64,000 nucleotides of DNA from Candidatus Caldarchaeales archaeon (GTDB taxonomy: Archaea; Thermoproteota; Nitrososphaeria_A; Caldarchaeales; Calditenuaceae). The first letter of the stretch is position 1. Each line of letters opens with the position of its first letter. The notes under the pieces were generated by a model. It was not told the origin of the DNA. It searched no databases and was given only the letters and a program-made list of their open reading frames with translations. The stretch is taken from positions 128,001 to 192,000 of the forward strand of contig JBCNVM010000001.1 in assembly GCA_039630085.1 (NCBI GenBank), given 5' to 3'. Position numbers and translations under genes: made by a program. Below are positions 1 through 8,557 of this stretch, one piece after another.

Positions 1-50
1 TGGCCCTCGCATTCGCGGTGACCGCGCTGGTCCTCTTCGCCACCTCCTGA
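1..50 (+). CDS. 3' end of an upstream membrane-protein gene (partial)
   Basis: Hydrophobic reading ...ALAFAVTALVLFATS ending in TGA at 48-50. Confidence 0.45.
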   Translation, partial: ALAFAVTALVLFATS

Positions 51-116
51 CCGGATTCTCCCCCGGAGGCTAACCCTTTATGACCGACCTGACTGGACGT
101 GTGGGCTGACTCCCGC

Positions 117-2000
117 ATGTCGGAGGAACAGGGGACGTACAAGCGGGAAGTGGGGTGGTTCGGTTCCTTCTCGATGGGGTACGGCGACGTCGGGGCCGAC
201 ATCTTCATCGCGCTCGGCGTCACGATGCTCTACGCCGGAGGGGCCGCTCCGCTGGCCTTCCTGATCGGGTCGCTGGCCTACGTCGCGATCGCCCTCTCCT
301 ATGGAGAGCTCGCACCCGCGTACCCGTACGCCGGAGGAGTCCACGTCTACGCGCTGAGGGCCTGGAACACCCTGCTGAGCTTCGTCGCGGGCTGGGCCCT
401 GATGCTGGACTACCTGCTCTGCATCTCCCTCTTCGCGACCGCCTCTGCAGGCTACCTCCACTTCATCTTCCCGGAGCTCGAGGCCCTCTCGCTCGACCTC
501 GGGCCCGTGGAGTTCGGCTCCCTGGGCCTGACCTCGGCGCTGCTCGTCGCCTTCCTCTTGGGCCTCAACTACGTCGGGATCAAGTACTCCGCGGGCCTGA
601 TCTCCTCCATAGTCGCCTTCAGCATAGCGGTCCAAGCCGTCATCTTCCTCGTGGGTTACCTCACCTCCTTCGATTCCGAGCGCTTCGCCGAGCAGGTCAC
701 GAGACTCGGGAGCGGAGACTTCCTGCCCGAAGTCGAGTACGTGCCCTTCTTCGACGCCCACACCAACAACTTCCTCTACGGCGTGACGATCGCGATGGCC
801 TCGTTCATCGGGGTCGAGTCGATCGCCCAGGCCGCGGAGGAGACGAGGGCCCCTCATAGGTGGATCCCGAGGGCCGCGAAGCTCGCGGCGCTCCTCGTGC
901 CCCTCTCCGTTCTCCTGATGAGCGTCCTCGCGATAGGCGTCACGGACGTGCAGACCATCGTCGACTCGATCGAGAACCCGGTGGCCGCCCTCGTGAGCAG
1001 GTTCAGGGTCTTAGGTGAGGAGCTCGCACTGGTCGTCGCGGTCACCGCGATGATCATGTCGCTGGCCTCCTCCAACACGGGCGTGATAGGTGTCTCCAGG
1101 TTGACCGCCTCGATGGGGAAGCTCTCCCTCCTCCCGCACTGGCTCTACAGGCTCCACCCGAGGTTCGGGACGCCGACGAGGACCATCCTGCTCTTCGGAG
1201 GGATCGGGCTGGCCCTCACGCTCCCCGGCGACATACCGCTCCTCGCGAGCCTCTACAACTTCGGCGCCATGATCGGTTACATCATGCTGCTCCTCTCGGT
1301 GATAGCGCTCAGGTACAAGGAGCGGAGCGTCTTCAGGCCCTGGCAGCTGAGGCCCTCCGTCGTCATCAGGTGGAAGGGGAGGGAGCTCGAGGTCCCCGTG
1401 CTGGTTGCGCTCGGGCTGGCCGCGACCACCGCCATCTTCGCCCTCTACCTCCTCCTCCACCCGCTGGGGAGGTTGCTCGGGGCCGTCTGGATGGCGGTCG
1501 GGGTCCTGGGCTACGCCCTCTACCGCAGGAGGGTGCTGGGACTCGCGGTCGTCGACACCAGCGAGCGGGAGATGGTGATCCCTGCCGGATACAGGATGAG
1601 CCTCACGGTCTTCGTCAGGCCCTTCGAGAACCCGGAGACGGTCGTCAGGACGATAACCTCCTACACCGACACGAGGTTCGAGATCAAGCTCGTCAGCGTC
1701 ATCGAGAGGGAGATGGCGGGCGAGGCCGAGCCGGACACGGAGGCCGTGGAGCGCCAGCTCGAGCGGGTCGCCTCCAAGCTGAGGGCGAAGGGTTACTCGG
1801 CGACCTACGAGGTCCAGGTCGGGGACTTCGAGGAGGCGGCGGTCAGGGAGCTGACCTCGGGGACCGCGGACTTCGTCGTCTACTTGGTCAGGGGCTTCGA
1901 GAAGGCCTCGGTCCTGAAGGCCTCAGCCCACAGCGAGAGGATCCATTTGGTGCTCTCCAGATTCCCCGGGAGGGTCGTCCTCCTCAAGAAGACCGTCTGA
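117..2000 (+). CDS. APC-family amino acid permease with C-terminal USP-like cytoplasmic domain
   Basis: About 12 TM segments; GADIF, YGEL..AYPYAGG and FIGVESIAQAAEE motifs; ATG at 117. Confidence 0.88.
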   Translation: MSEEQGTYKREVGWFGSFSMGYGDVGADIFIALGVTMLYAGGAAPLAFLIGSLAYVAIALSYGELAPAYPYAGGVHVYALRAWNTLLSFVAGWALMLDYLLCISLFATASAGYLHFIFPELEALSLDLGPVEFGSLGLTSALLVAFLLGLNYVGIKYSAGLISSIVAFSIAVQAVIFLVGYLTSFDSERFAEQVTRLGSGDFLPEVEYVPFFDAHTNNFLYGVTIAMASFIGVESIAQAAEETRAPHRWIPRAAKLAALLVPLSVLLMSVLAIGVTDVQTIVDSIENPVAALVSRFRVLGEELALVVAVTAMIMSLASSNTGVIGVSRLTASMGKLSLLPHWLYRLHPRFGTPTRTILLFGGIGLALTLPGDIPLLASLYNFGAMIGYIMLLLSVIALRYKERSVFRPWQLRPSVVIRWKGRELEVPVLVALGLAATTAIFALYLLLHPLGRLLGAVWMAVGVLGYALYRRRVLGLAVVDTSEREMVIPAGYRMSLTVFVRPFENPETVVRTITSYTDTRFEIKLVSVIEREMAGEAEPDTEAVERQLERVASKLRAKGYSATYEVQVGDFEEAAVRELTSGTADFVVYLVRGFEKASVLKASAHSERIHLVLSRFPGRVVLLKKTV

Positions 2001-2053
2001 GCCCGAGGGGTCATCCTTAAAGCCAGATCGCACATCCGAGGTGGGACTCGGAA

Positions 2054-2323
2054 TTGGCCGGTGTGAAGGCGCTGGTCCACCTCTTCGTCGAGCCCGGCCG
2101 CCTCGAGGCCGTCGGGGAGGCCCTCTCGAGGTTCGATGAGGTGACGGACGTCTACGAGGTGACCGGGGAGTACGACATCATCGCGATCGTGAACGCCACC
2201 GACGTGACTTCGTTCAGGAGGTTCATCTCGGAGAAATTGCTGACCATTCCCGGGATAAGGAGCGCGGTCTCCTCGATAGTGCTGCACGTCTACAAGAAGG
2301 GCGGGAAGGTCACCTACGAGTGA
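2054..2323 (+). CDS. Lrp/AsnC ligand-binding (RAM) domain protein, no HTH
   Basis: VYEVTGEYDIIAIV motif, 89 aa. Confidence 0.85.
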   Translation: MAGVKALVHLFVEPGRLEAVGEALSRFDEVTDVYEVTGEYDIIAIVNATDVTSFRRFISEKLLTIPGIRSAVSSIVLHVYKKGGKVTYE

Positions 2324-2464
2324 GGTCTCCGCACTTTCAGCCACCTCCCCCTCTTGGCTGATAGCTCGGCGTTCCCTCCGGCGCGGGCGTGAACCCGGAG
2401 TCTACGCGCTCAGAGTCCTTTGGCCTGCGGACCGGGTTCGGTGGGCGTACGAGGTGCCTCTGCC

Positions 2465-4378
2465 ATGGACCTTGAGGTGCGTAGCGGCGTCGGGTGGTCC
2501 AAGGTCACCCCCAAGGTCGTCAGCCTCTCTCATGAAGTCCGGGGCAACCAGCTCGAGTCCCTCGAGTTCACGCTGCTCGACGAGGACGTCTCGGTGGGGC
2601 AACAGGTGCGGTGCCTGCAGGGCGGGGTTCCGAGGTTCGAGGGCGTCGTGGTCAACGTCCGCAAGTCGGTGAGCGGCGACGCTGGTCGGCGGTCGGTCTG
2701 TCAGGCCCTCTCCGAGCTCGTCCTTTGGGACCGACACGTCGTCTTCAGGGAATACGCCGCCGGGACTCGTGCGGGCGCGATCATCAAGGACTTGGCGAGG
2801 CTGGAGAGCGGCGTCGATATCACCAACGTCGACGAGTCAGACACACCGGCCCTTACGGCTCCTTGGGCTGTTCAGAACGAGTCCGCGCTCAAGGTCATGA
2901 CAGCCGTAGCCCGCGGCACCAACTACTATCTCAGGATGCTGCCCGGCCGGAGGTTGTACTTCAAACCAAAGGCTCCTAGCGCGCCCGTGGCCATCATCGA
3001 CAGAAGCATCGTGACCGCGGCCGAGTACAGCGAGGATCGGTGGCGCCTGAGGAACAGAGTGATCGTCGCGGGCGCCGGTGGGCAGGTCCTAGCGGACGTG
3101 AGCGAGGGTGCCGGCGATCTCCCGGTCGTCGTGCACGACCCGTTCCTCACCTCCACCAGTGAGGCTCAGCGCCGTGCCATTGTCAGGTTGGCTCTCAACA
3201 GGGAATACGGCCGGCAGCTCAGGGTCACCTTACGCCGCGATTTCGTCGAGCGGACCCAGATAGACCTCTTCAGCACGGTGAAAGTCGAACTGCCGGAGCT
3301 TGGGCTCTCGGGCGTCGACATGCACGTCGTGGGCATTAGCTACGCGCCTCCGGATCCGTACGTCGTGTTAGAGGTAGGTGGGAGACTCGAGCTTCTCGAG
3401 GACTACCTGAGCGAGGCCGTCGGCGGGGATTTAGCAGCGCGATTCGGTCAAACGGTTTCTGTCGCAGAAGAACTGGCGACAATGAGGTCCACTCTCTACC
3501 ACACCAAGAGGGTCGTCGCGGCCGTCGGCTATAGCTACGTGACCTACGTCAACAAGAGGCCGATCACCGTCCACAGGGGCGCGAACGTCAAGCTCAATGA
3601 GTCAACAGGTGAGGTTGAGCTCGCCTCGGGCAGGACCAACGGCTGGTTCGAGGTCGATTTCTTCCCGCCGTCGGAGCGCTTCGCCCGCTGGGGCGCCATC
3701 AGCTGGGTCTCCAGACCACGAGACGGTAGCATCACGGTCGAGGCGCGGGACGCGTCGGGCTCCGTGCTCCGGAGCATGAGCGACCCCAAGATCGCCGGCT
3801 GGTCACTCGCGAAGAGATTACCGCTCCGCAGGTGGCCCGGGCGAATTCACGGCATGACTAGGTATCCGGCCTACGCCAAGTGGGGCGCTGGCTTGGGCGC
3901 GCGGGCCATGGACGCGCGGATGGGCTACCTGATCGGCTCGTGCGTCCGGCTTGAGCCCACGAGTTACGGAACCACCGGCGAAATATTCTATCCGAGCGCG
4001 AAAAATCTCAACATCGACCTCGCATGGATCAGACGTGTCAATATCTATCTCCATTCCTTTGAAGATAACGTAACGTGTGCCATCCGCCTTCATGAAAGCG
4101 CGAACGCCTATCGAGAGGCTATACTGCCGATACCGCAGGGAGGCGTTTGGAATCTCTACACGATCAACGCCAGCACGCTCCGGACCGTGGGCAATCCGAC
4201 AAAAGTGAATTGGATCAGCATATCATGCGCTTATCCTCTATTGATTGACAGCGACTACGTTTTCCACGAGCTCTGGCATGAGAAGTTGACCGTTCGATTT
4301 AACCTCTCGAGACCGAGCGCGACCGCGGCGAGTCCACAAATATCGCACGTGCTCATTACATACGTTGATAGGTCGTGA
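2465..4378 (+). CDS. Phage tail baseplate hub-like protein (GPD/gp44/Tal-like) with C-terminal beta-sandwich/CBM-like domains
   Basis: N-terminal ~300 aa show hub-type pattern (FEGVVVNV, GAIIKDLA, ESALKVMTAVA, RLYFKPK, RLRNRVIVAG, EAQRRA); C-terminal aromatic beta-rich region; ATG at 2465. Confidence 0.65.
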   Translation: MDLEVRSGVGWSKVTPKVVSLSHEVRGNQLESLEFTLLDEDVSVGQQVRCLQGGVPRFEGVVVNVRKSVSGDAGRRSVCQALSELVLWDRHVVFREYAAGTRAGAIIKDLARLESGVDITNVDESDTPALTAPWAVQNESALKVMTAVARGTNYYLRMLPGRRLYFKPKAPSAPVAIIDRSIVTAAEYSEDRWRLRNRVIVAGAGGQVLADVSEGAGDLPVVVHDPFLTSTSEAQRRAIVRLALNREYGRQLRVTLRRDFVERTQIDLFSTVKVELPELGLSGVDMHVVGISYAPPDPYVVLEVGGRLELLEDYLSEAVGGDLAARFGQTVSVAEELATMRSTLYHTKRVVAAVGYSYVTYVNKRPITVHRGANVKLNESTGEVELASGRTNGWFEVDFFPPSERFARWGAISWVSRPRDGSITVEARDASGSVLRSMSDPKIAGWSLAKRLPLRRWPGRIHGMTRYPAYAKWGAGLGARAMDARMGYLIGSCVRLEPTSYGTTGEIFYPSAKNLNIDLAWIRRVNIYLHSFEDNVTCAIRLHESANAYREAILPIPQGGVWNLYTINASTLRTVGNPTKVNWISISCAYPLLIDSDYVFHELWHEKLTVRFNLSRPSATAASPQISHVLITYVDRS

Positions 4379-4381
4379 GGC

Positions 4382-5449
4382 ATGACAGAGTATCTGATAC
4401 TGAGCAAGGATAGGGCTTTACCGCTGATGTGGGAATTCCAGAGAGTAGTCACGGCGCCCCCACAACAGAGCACATTATCCTTCAATCTGCCACAGAGCGT
4501 TCAAACCCGTTCACCTTCCTCTACTCCCAATTACTTCGAGATAATGGGACTAGGCCAGCATGCATTCGTGTCGTTTACCACACCACAACAACCCACTCCG
4601 CAAAACGTCAAAAGTATAACTCAACCTCGGTTAACAAACGCTAATTTCACCATCCCAGGCGTAGCGGGGTCGGTGCAAGTCGTCCTGGAGCTTTGGACCG
4701 TCGGCAGTAACGGTCTTCCTGCCACGAAGCTACGTGACCTCGCGAGCGGCCCCCCTAATGTAACGTTCTCGGCCGATTTTTCATCGGCGCCCGTGTTGGA
4801 TTGGAACACCACGTATGCCGTCGTGATGCGCCCCACCTCGTTTTCGGCCGGTGCGTGGTTCAGAGTCACCTATGGAGACGCCGGTTCAGCGCCTCTATCC
4901 CCGGGTAACTTCGGCAGGTCGCTGAACGCCGGTTCGTCGTGGACGATTTTCTCCAATCAAGCCAGCGGAAGCGTGGCGATTCAATTCCGTTACGAATTAG
5001 GACCGTGGCGTTTCTTCCTGAACCGTCCAAACGAGGCGGCGAACTATTACATCAGCTTCACGCAAAGCGGACCATCAGGCATCACTTACCTCGGCGACCT
5101 AGTGAACGGTTCTCCCTATACAAACCCGACGTCCATCAGCGGAGAGTTCGAATACACGGTGCTCGCCTCTACCACCTCTGCGATCAGCAATAGTTCAATT
5201 ACGGCTACGCTCCAGTGCGAGCTGAGATATGAGAAGAACCCGATGACGATCGACATGTTCAACGTCGCAGAGGCGTATCTTTCGCGCATCGACTTCCTAG
5301 ACGGCGGGTCAATCCAATTGAACGACAGCCCCGATCAGGTCTTCTCGGGTAACGCGGGCACGTCGCTGACCTTCAACCCGATGGTCCTCGTCTGGGAGGC
5401 GAGGGTCCTCAGCGGAAGGGTGAGGCTCACGATGATGGTGTTCGAGTGA
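4382..5449 (+). CDS. Putative virion receptor-binding/structural protein, S/T/N-rich all-beta
   Basis: Low-GC ORF between hub and chaperone genes; jelly-roll-like VLELWTVGSNGLP...TTYAVV...SLNAGSSWT. Confidence 0.5.
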   Translation: MTEYLILSKDRALPLMWEFQRVVTAPPQQSTLSFNLPQSVQTRSPSSTPNYFEIMGLGQHAFVSFTTPQQPTPQNVKSITQPRLTNANFTIPGVAGSVQVVLELWTVGSNGLPATKLRDLASGPPNVTFSADFSSAPVLDWNTTYAVVMRPTSFSAGAWFRVTYGDAGSAPLSPGNFGRSLNAGSSWTIFSNQASGSVAIQFRYELGPWRFFLNRPNEAANYYISFTQSGPSGITYLGDLVNGSPYTNPTSISGEFEYTVLASTTSAISNSSITATLQCELRYEKNPMTIDMFNVAEAYLSRIDFLDGGSIQLNDSPDQVFSGNAGTSLTFNPMVLVWEARVLSGRVRLTMMVFE

Positions 5450-5868
5450 TGCCGGAGATGCGCGAGATCGACACAGAGTCCGGCCTCCCCGTCGACGTCG
5501 CGAGGAAGCTGAAGGAGCTCGAGGCGAGGGCTCGGGTTGTCAAGCTCGACGCAGAAGGGCGGGTCGTGATCGGCGACGCCCATGACTTCCCGATCGAGGT
5601 GGTCACGGCCGAGCTCACGGTAGTCTCCAAGCGGGAGGTGAAGGAGAACGTGAGGCCCGTGGATGAGAAGGCCCTCGAGGTCCAGCTGCCGGAGCCGAAG
5701 CGGTATGAGATCGGCGGGAAGACCGTGATCGGGTTCCTTGAAGACGAGCTCCCCGAGGTCGTGAGGACCGGAGGGGGCTACAGTCTGACCGCGCTGATGG
5801 CGATCCTAATCCACAAGGTGAACAGGCTCGAAAGGATCGTGCGTCAAATGGAACGCGGGTCTAAGTAA
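5446..5868 (+). CDS. Tail-fibre intramolecular chaperone (peptidase S74/ICD) domain protein
   Basis: S-x4-K dyad in VSKREVKENVRPV, then PKRY, IGFLEDELPEVV and C-terminal coiled coil LMAILIHKVNRLE. Confidence 0.75.
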   Translation: MMPEMREIDTESGLPVDVARKLKELEARARVVKLDAEGRVVIGDAHDFPIEVVTAELTVVSKREVKENVRPVDEKALEVQLPEPKRYEIGGKTVIGFLEDELPEVVRTGGGYSLTALMAILIHKVNRLERIVRQMERGSK

Positions 5869-5946
5869 TTCGCTGCCCATGTCTCACCGTTCATATAGTG
5901 GAACTGCGAACGGAGTTTCGAGACCGACCGAGGTTAGGGGGACGCC

Positions 5947-5980
5947 GCCGGGGTGCCCTAGCCCGGTAGGGGGGTGGCCT
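5947..5980 (+). pseudogene. Truncated 5' half of tRNA-Ser (att-like fragment)
   Basis: GCCGGGGTGCCCTAGCCCGGTAGGGGGGTGGCCT: acceptor strand, D arm and 5' anticodon stem; stops at position 33. Confidence 0.85.
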
Positions 5981-6028
5981 CTTTAGAACTAAAGATACTA
6001 AAATCATCAAATATCCCTAATTGAGCAA

Positions 6029-6036
6029 TTTAAATA
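6029..6036 (+). promoter_or_regulatory. TATA box of tRNA-Ser(GCT)
   Basis: TTTAAATA starting 55 bp upstream of the tRNA. Confidence 0.6.
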
Positions 6037-6083
6037 GTGGGAATGTGAATGATAATAAGCGAGGCTACATGGGTTCGAGTGAT

Positions 6084-6185
6084 GCCGGGGAGCTCCAGCC
6101 AGGTCGGAGGGTGGCCTGCTAAAAGTCGTTGCAGTGAGCCACTGCCCCCTTTGGGGGCTCGAGGGTTCAAATCCCTCCCCCGGCG
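6084..6185 (+). tRNA. tRNA-Ser(GCT) with 15-nt intron at 37/38 (6122-6136)
   Basis: Acceptor GCCGGGG/CCCCGGC, anticodon GCT at 6118-6120, BHB helix CTGC/GCAG, long variable arm, T arm GAGGG-TTCAAAT-CCCTC, G discriminator. Confidence 0.92.
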
Positions 6186-6267
6186 AACCCGAAGAGATCA
6201 TCTAACAACAGCGTATTACTGCAACCGGGTGAAACCAAAGCAGTATCGACAGCATACTGGCCGTCCC

Positions 6268-6897
6268 TTACTTCAGAATCTCGCCGGTCTGAAGGTACCA
6301 AAGCAGAAGGTCTAGGGCCTCGGGTTTGATCCCCAACTCGTCAGCCCAGTTCAGGAATTCGCGCTCGAGCTCGAGATACTTCCTTCTCGTTAGGGACTTC
6401 GGGACGGACTCCAGCCTTCCGGCCCGGACCATCCACCTGAGCACGTGCCGGTCGAGCACAGCCAGGCCCTCGATCCCCACGTTCCTAAGGAAGTGCGAGG
6501 CCTCCTTGAGTCCCATGCCCCATGCCTCCTCGACGAGGACCTCCCGCGCCTCGACCGGGGGGAGCGTCAGCACCTCAACGATCCTCGGCGGGTCTCCGAG
6601 GAGGAGGGGCCTGTTCATCGACAAATATCTCGCCTTCGCGTTGTGGAACCTGACTCCGCGCCTCCTCAGCACCTCCGCGATGGACTTCCGGCTGCCCTTC
6701 AGCAACAGCCCCCTCGACTTGAGCTCCTCGACAGCGACGAGGGCGCTGGAGGCCTTGGACTGAGGCGTGAGGACGCAGAAAGCGAGCTCCTCGAAGAGCC
6801 TCGCGGCATCACGCCTGTCGACGGACCTGAACTCGGCAAGCCTCGCCTCGATCGCACCCCTCACGTCATCGTAGACGGTCAGGAGGAAAGCTCCCAC
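6268..6897 (-). CDS. ogg: 8-oxoguanine DNA glycosylase/AP lyase (archaeal Ogg)
   Basis: ELAFCVLTPQS, RFHNAKA and GMGLKEASHFLRNVG...LDRHVLR motifs; probable GTG start at 6897. Confidence 0.9.
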   Translation of the reverse strand: MGAFLLTVYDDVRGAIEARLAEFRSVDRRDAARLFEELAFCVLTPQSKASSALVAVEELKSRGLLLKGSRKSIAEVLRRRGVRFHNAKARYLSMNRPLLLGDPPRIVEVLTLPPVEAREVLVEEAWGMGLKEASHFLRNVGIEGLAVLDRHVLRWMVRAGRLESVPKSLTRRKYLELEREFLNWADELGIKPEALDLLLWYLQTGEILK

Positions 6898-7018
6898 GTC
6901 GAGCCCTCGGCCAGGAGCAGCGCTGCGCGCGGAGTTCCGACCACTCACTGCCAAGCCCGCACATGAGCGATCGCCTCGGATTTTATCTGAGCCCGAGGAT
7001 CCGCCCTTCCGGAGGCTC

Positions 7019-7852
7019 ATGGCGCGAGACCGGGAGTGGAGGGAACACGTGGACCTCGGGAAGTCGATCGACGTAGGCGGAATCAGGACGTTTTGCGTGG
7101 ACCTCGGTGAGGGGAGTCCTGTGCTGCTACTGCACGGATGGGCCTCGTCGTCTTTCGCGTGGAGGAGGAACTACCGCGCGCTGGCAGAGAGGTTCAGGGT
7201 GATCGCGGTGGACCTGCCGGGCTTCGGCCTCTCCGAGCGGCTCAAGTCCGGTTACGGGCTCTCGCAGGTCACCGAGCATCTCCTGAGTTTCGCTGAGGCC
7301 CTGAAGATCGAGCGGTTCTCTTTGGTGGGGCTCTCCATGGGCGGGGTGATCGCGGCGCAGATCGCACTCACGCGCCCGGACCGAGTGGGCAAGCTCGTGC
7401 TGGTCAACCCGGCCTTCGGGGTCGGGAGGGCAGGGCGGGCGCGCCTCATGGGGACCGTCGCCCGGAGACGCCCCGTCGCGTCGCTGCTGAGAGCGTTGCT
7501 GGTCAACAGGTACACCGTGAGGCGGGTGCTCAGAGACGCCGTCTGGGACGAGGAGGTCGTGAACGACGAGGCGGTCACGGGGTATTACGAGTCGATAAGG
7601 AGCTCGGGGAGGACGCTCCTGGACGCGTTCGAGGTCATTAGGGGCTTCGACCCGACTGCGCTGGAGTCCCTGAGGGTCCCCACGCTCTTCATGCTCGGAG
7701 AGAGGGACAACCTAGTGCCCTGCGTAGGGAACCTCGAGCTCGCGAGGAGGATCGGCTCTGAGGTTTTGTTGGTCCGTGACGCGGGGCATTTGGTTCAGGA
7801 GGAGAGGCCCGAAGCCTTCAACGCGGCCGTGATGGACTTCCTCTCGAGGTGA
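7019..7852 (+). CDS. Alpha/beta hydrolase
   Basis: LLHGW, DLPGFGLS, GLSMGG nucleophile elbow, AGHLVQEE. Confidence 0.9.
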   Translation: MARDREWREHVDLGKSIDVGGIRTFCVDLGEGSPVLLLHGWASSSFAWRRNYRALAERFRVIAVDLPGFGLSERLKSGYGLSQVTEHLLSFAEALKIERFSLVGLSMGGVIAAQIALTRPDRVGKLVLVNPAFGVGRAGRARLMGTVARRRPVASLLRALLVNRYTVRRVLRDAVWDEEVVNDEAVTGYYESIRSSGRTLLDAFEVIRGFDPTALESLRVPTLFMLGERDNLVPCVGNLELARRIGSEVLLVRDAGHLVQEERPEAFNAAVMDFLSR

Positions 7853-7903
7853 CCTGATGCCTCGATATCCTCAATTCTACCCGCGGGGCGGAGCGGTCGG
7901 GGG

Positions 7904-8497
7904 ATGAGCGAGGGCGCGCTGATCGCGATCGAGGGCCTCGACGGCGCCGGGAAGACCGCGACCGCGACGTGGCTCGTGGACCGACTTAGGGAGATGGGGT
8001 ACAGGTCCAGCTACACGAGGGAGCCGACGGACGGGCCCATCGGGAGGCTCCTCAGGGGCGACGCGCTGGGCGACTTCGGCGACCCCCGGATCGACGCCCT
8101 CCTCTTTGCGGCCGACAGGCTATACCACCTCTCCCGAACCATAGAGCCACTGCTGAACGAGGGCTACGTCGTCGTCTCGGACAGGTACGTCCACTCGTCG
8201 ATCGCCTACCAGGGCGCGATGACCGGCGACAGGGCCTGGGTCGAGGAGCTGAACAAGTTCGCGAGGGAACCGGACCTCGCCGTCTACCTCGACGTCGACC
8301 CGGAGACGGGCCTGGGGAGGAAACGGGGCGCCAAGCGGACCAAGTTCGAGAGGCCCGAGGTCCTCGAGAAGGTGAGGAGGCTGTACCTTCAGCTCTGCGA
8401 CGAGGGGAGGCTCGTGCTGGTCGACTCCCGGAGGGACTTGGACTCGGTCAGGGAGGAGGTGCTCAGGGAGGTCGAGAGGGTCCTCCGCGGGCTCTGA
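7904..8497 (+). CDS. tmk: Thymidylate kinase
   Basis: IEGLDGAGKT P-loop, TREP, LLFAADR, SDRYVHSSIAYQG. Confidence 0.95.
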   Translation: MSEGALIAIEGLDGAGKTATATWLVDRLREMGYRSSYTREPTDGPIGRLLRGDALGDFGDPRIDALLFAADRLYHLSRTIEPLLNEGYVVVSDRYVHSSIAYQGAMTGDRAWVEELNKFAREPDLAVYLDVDPETGLGRKRGAKRTKFERPEVLEKVRRLYLQLCDEGRLVLVDSRRDLDSVREEVLREVERVLRGL

Positions 8498-8557
8498 GGG
8501 GTGCCCGGAGGTCCGGCAACAGGTCGTCGCGGAGCGTTTTTTACCGGAGCAGCAGGC

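Larger units (their letters stand above)
2465..5980 (+). mobile_element. Provirus remnant: tail module ending at a tRNA-Ser 5' fragment
   Basis: Three translationally coupled tail-like genes abutting an att-like tRNA fragment; no integrase, capsid or terminase gene in the window. Confidence 0.55.

Noticed and set aside
2371-2428. Possible left att site (CCCTCCGGCG; TGGCCTGC)
   Set aside because: Only 8-10 nt of similarity to the tRNA in GC-rich DNA; compatible with chance.
2465-5868. Diversity-generating retroelement acting on the tail genes
   Set aside because: No reverse transcriptase and no template/variable repeat pair seen.
5947-6185. Split tRNA or long-intron model joining the orphan 5' half to the 3' exon
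   Set aside because: No BHB can be formed at 33/34 or 37/38 with the orphan half, and no complementary leader/trailer is visible.
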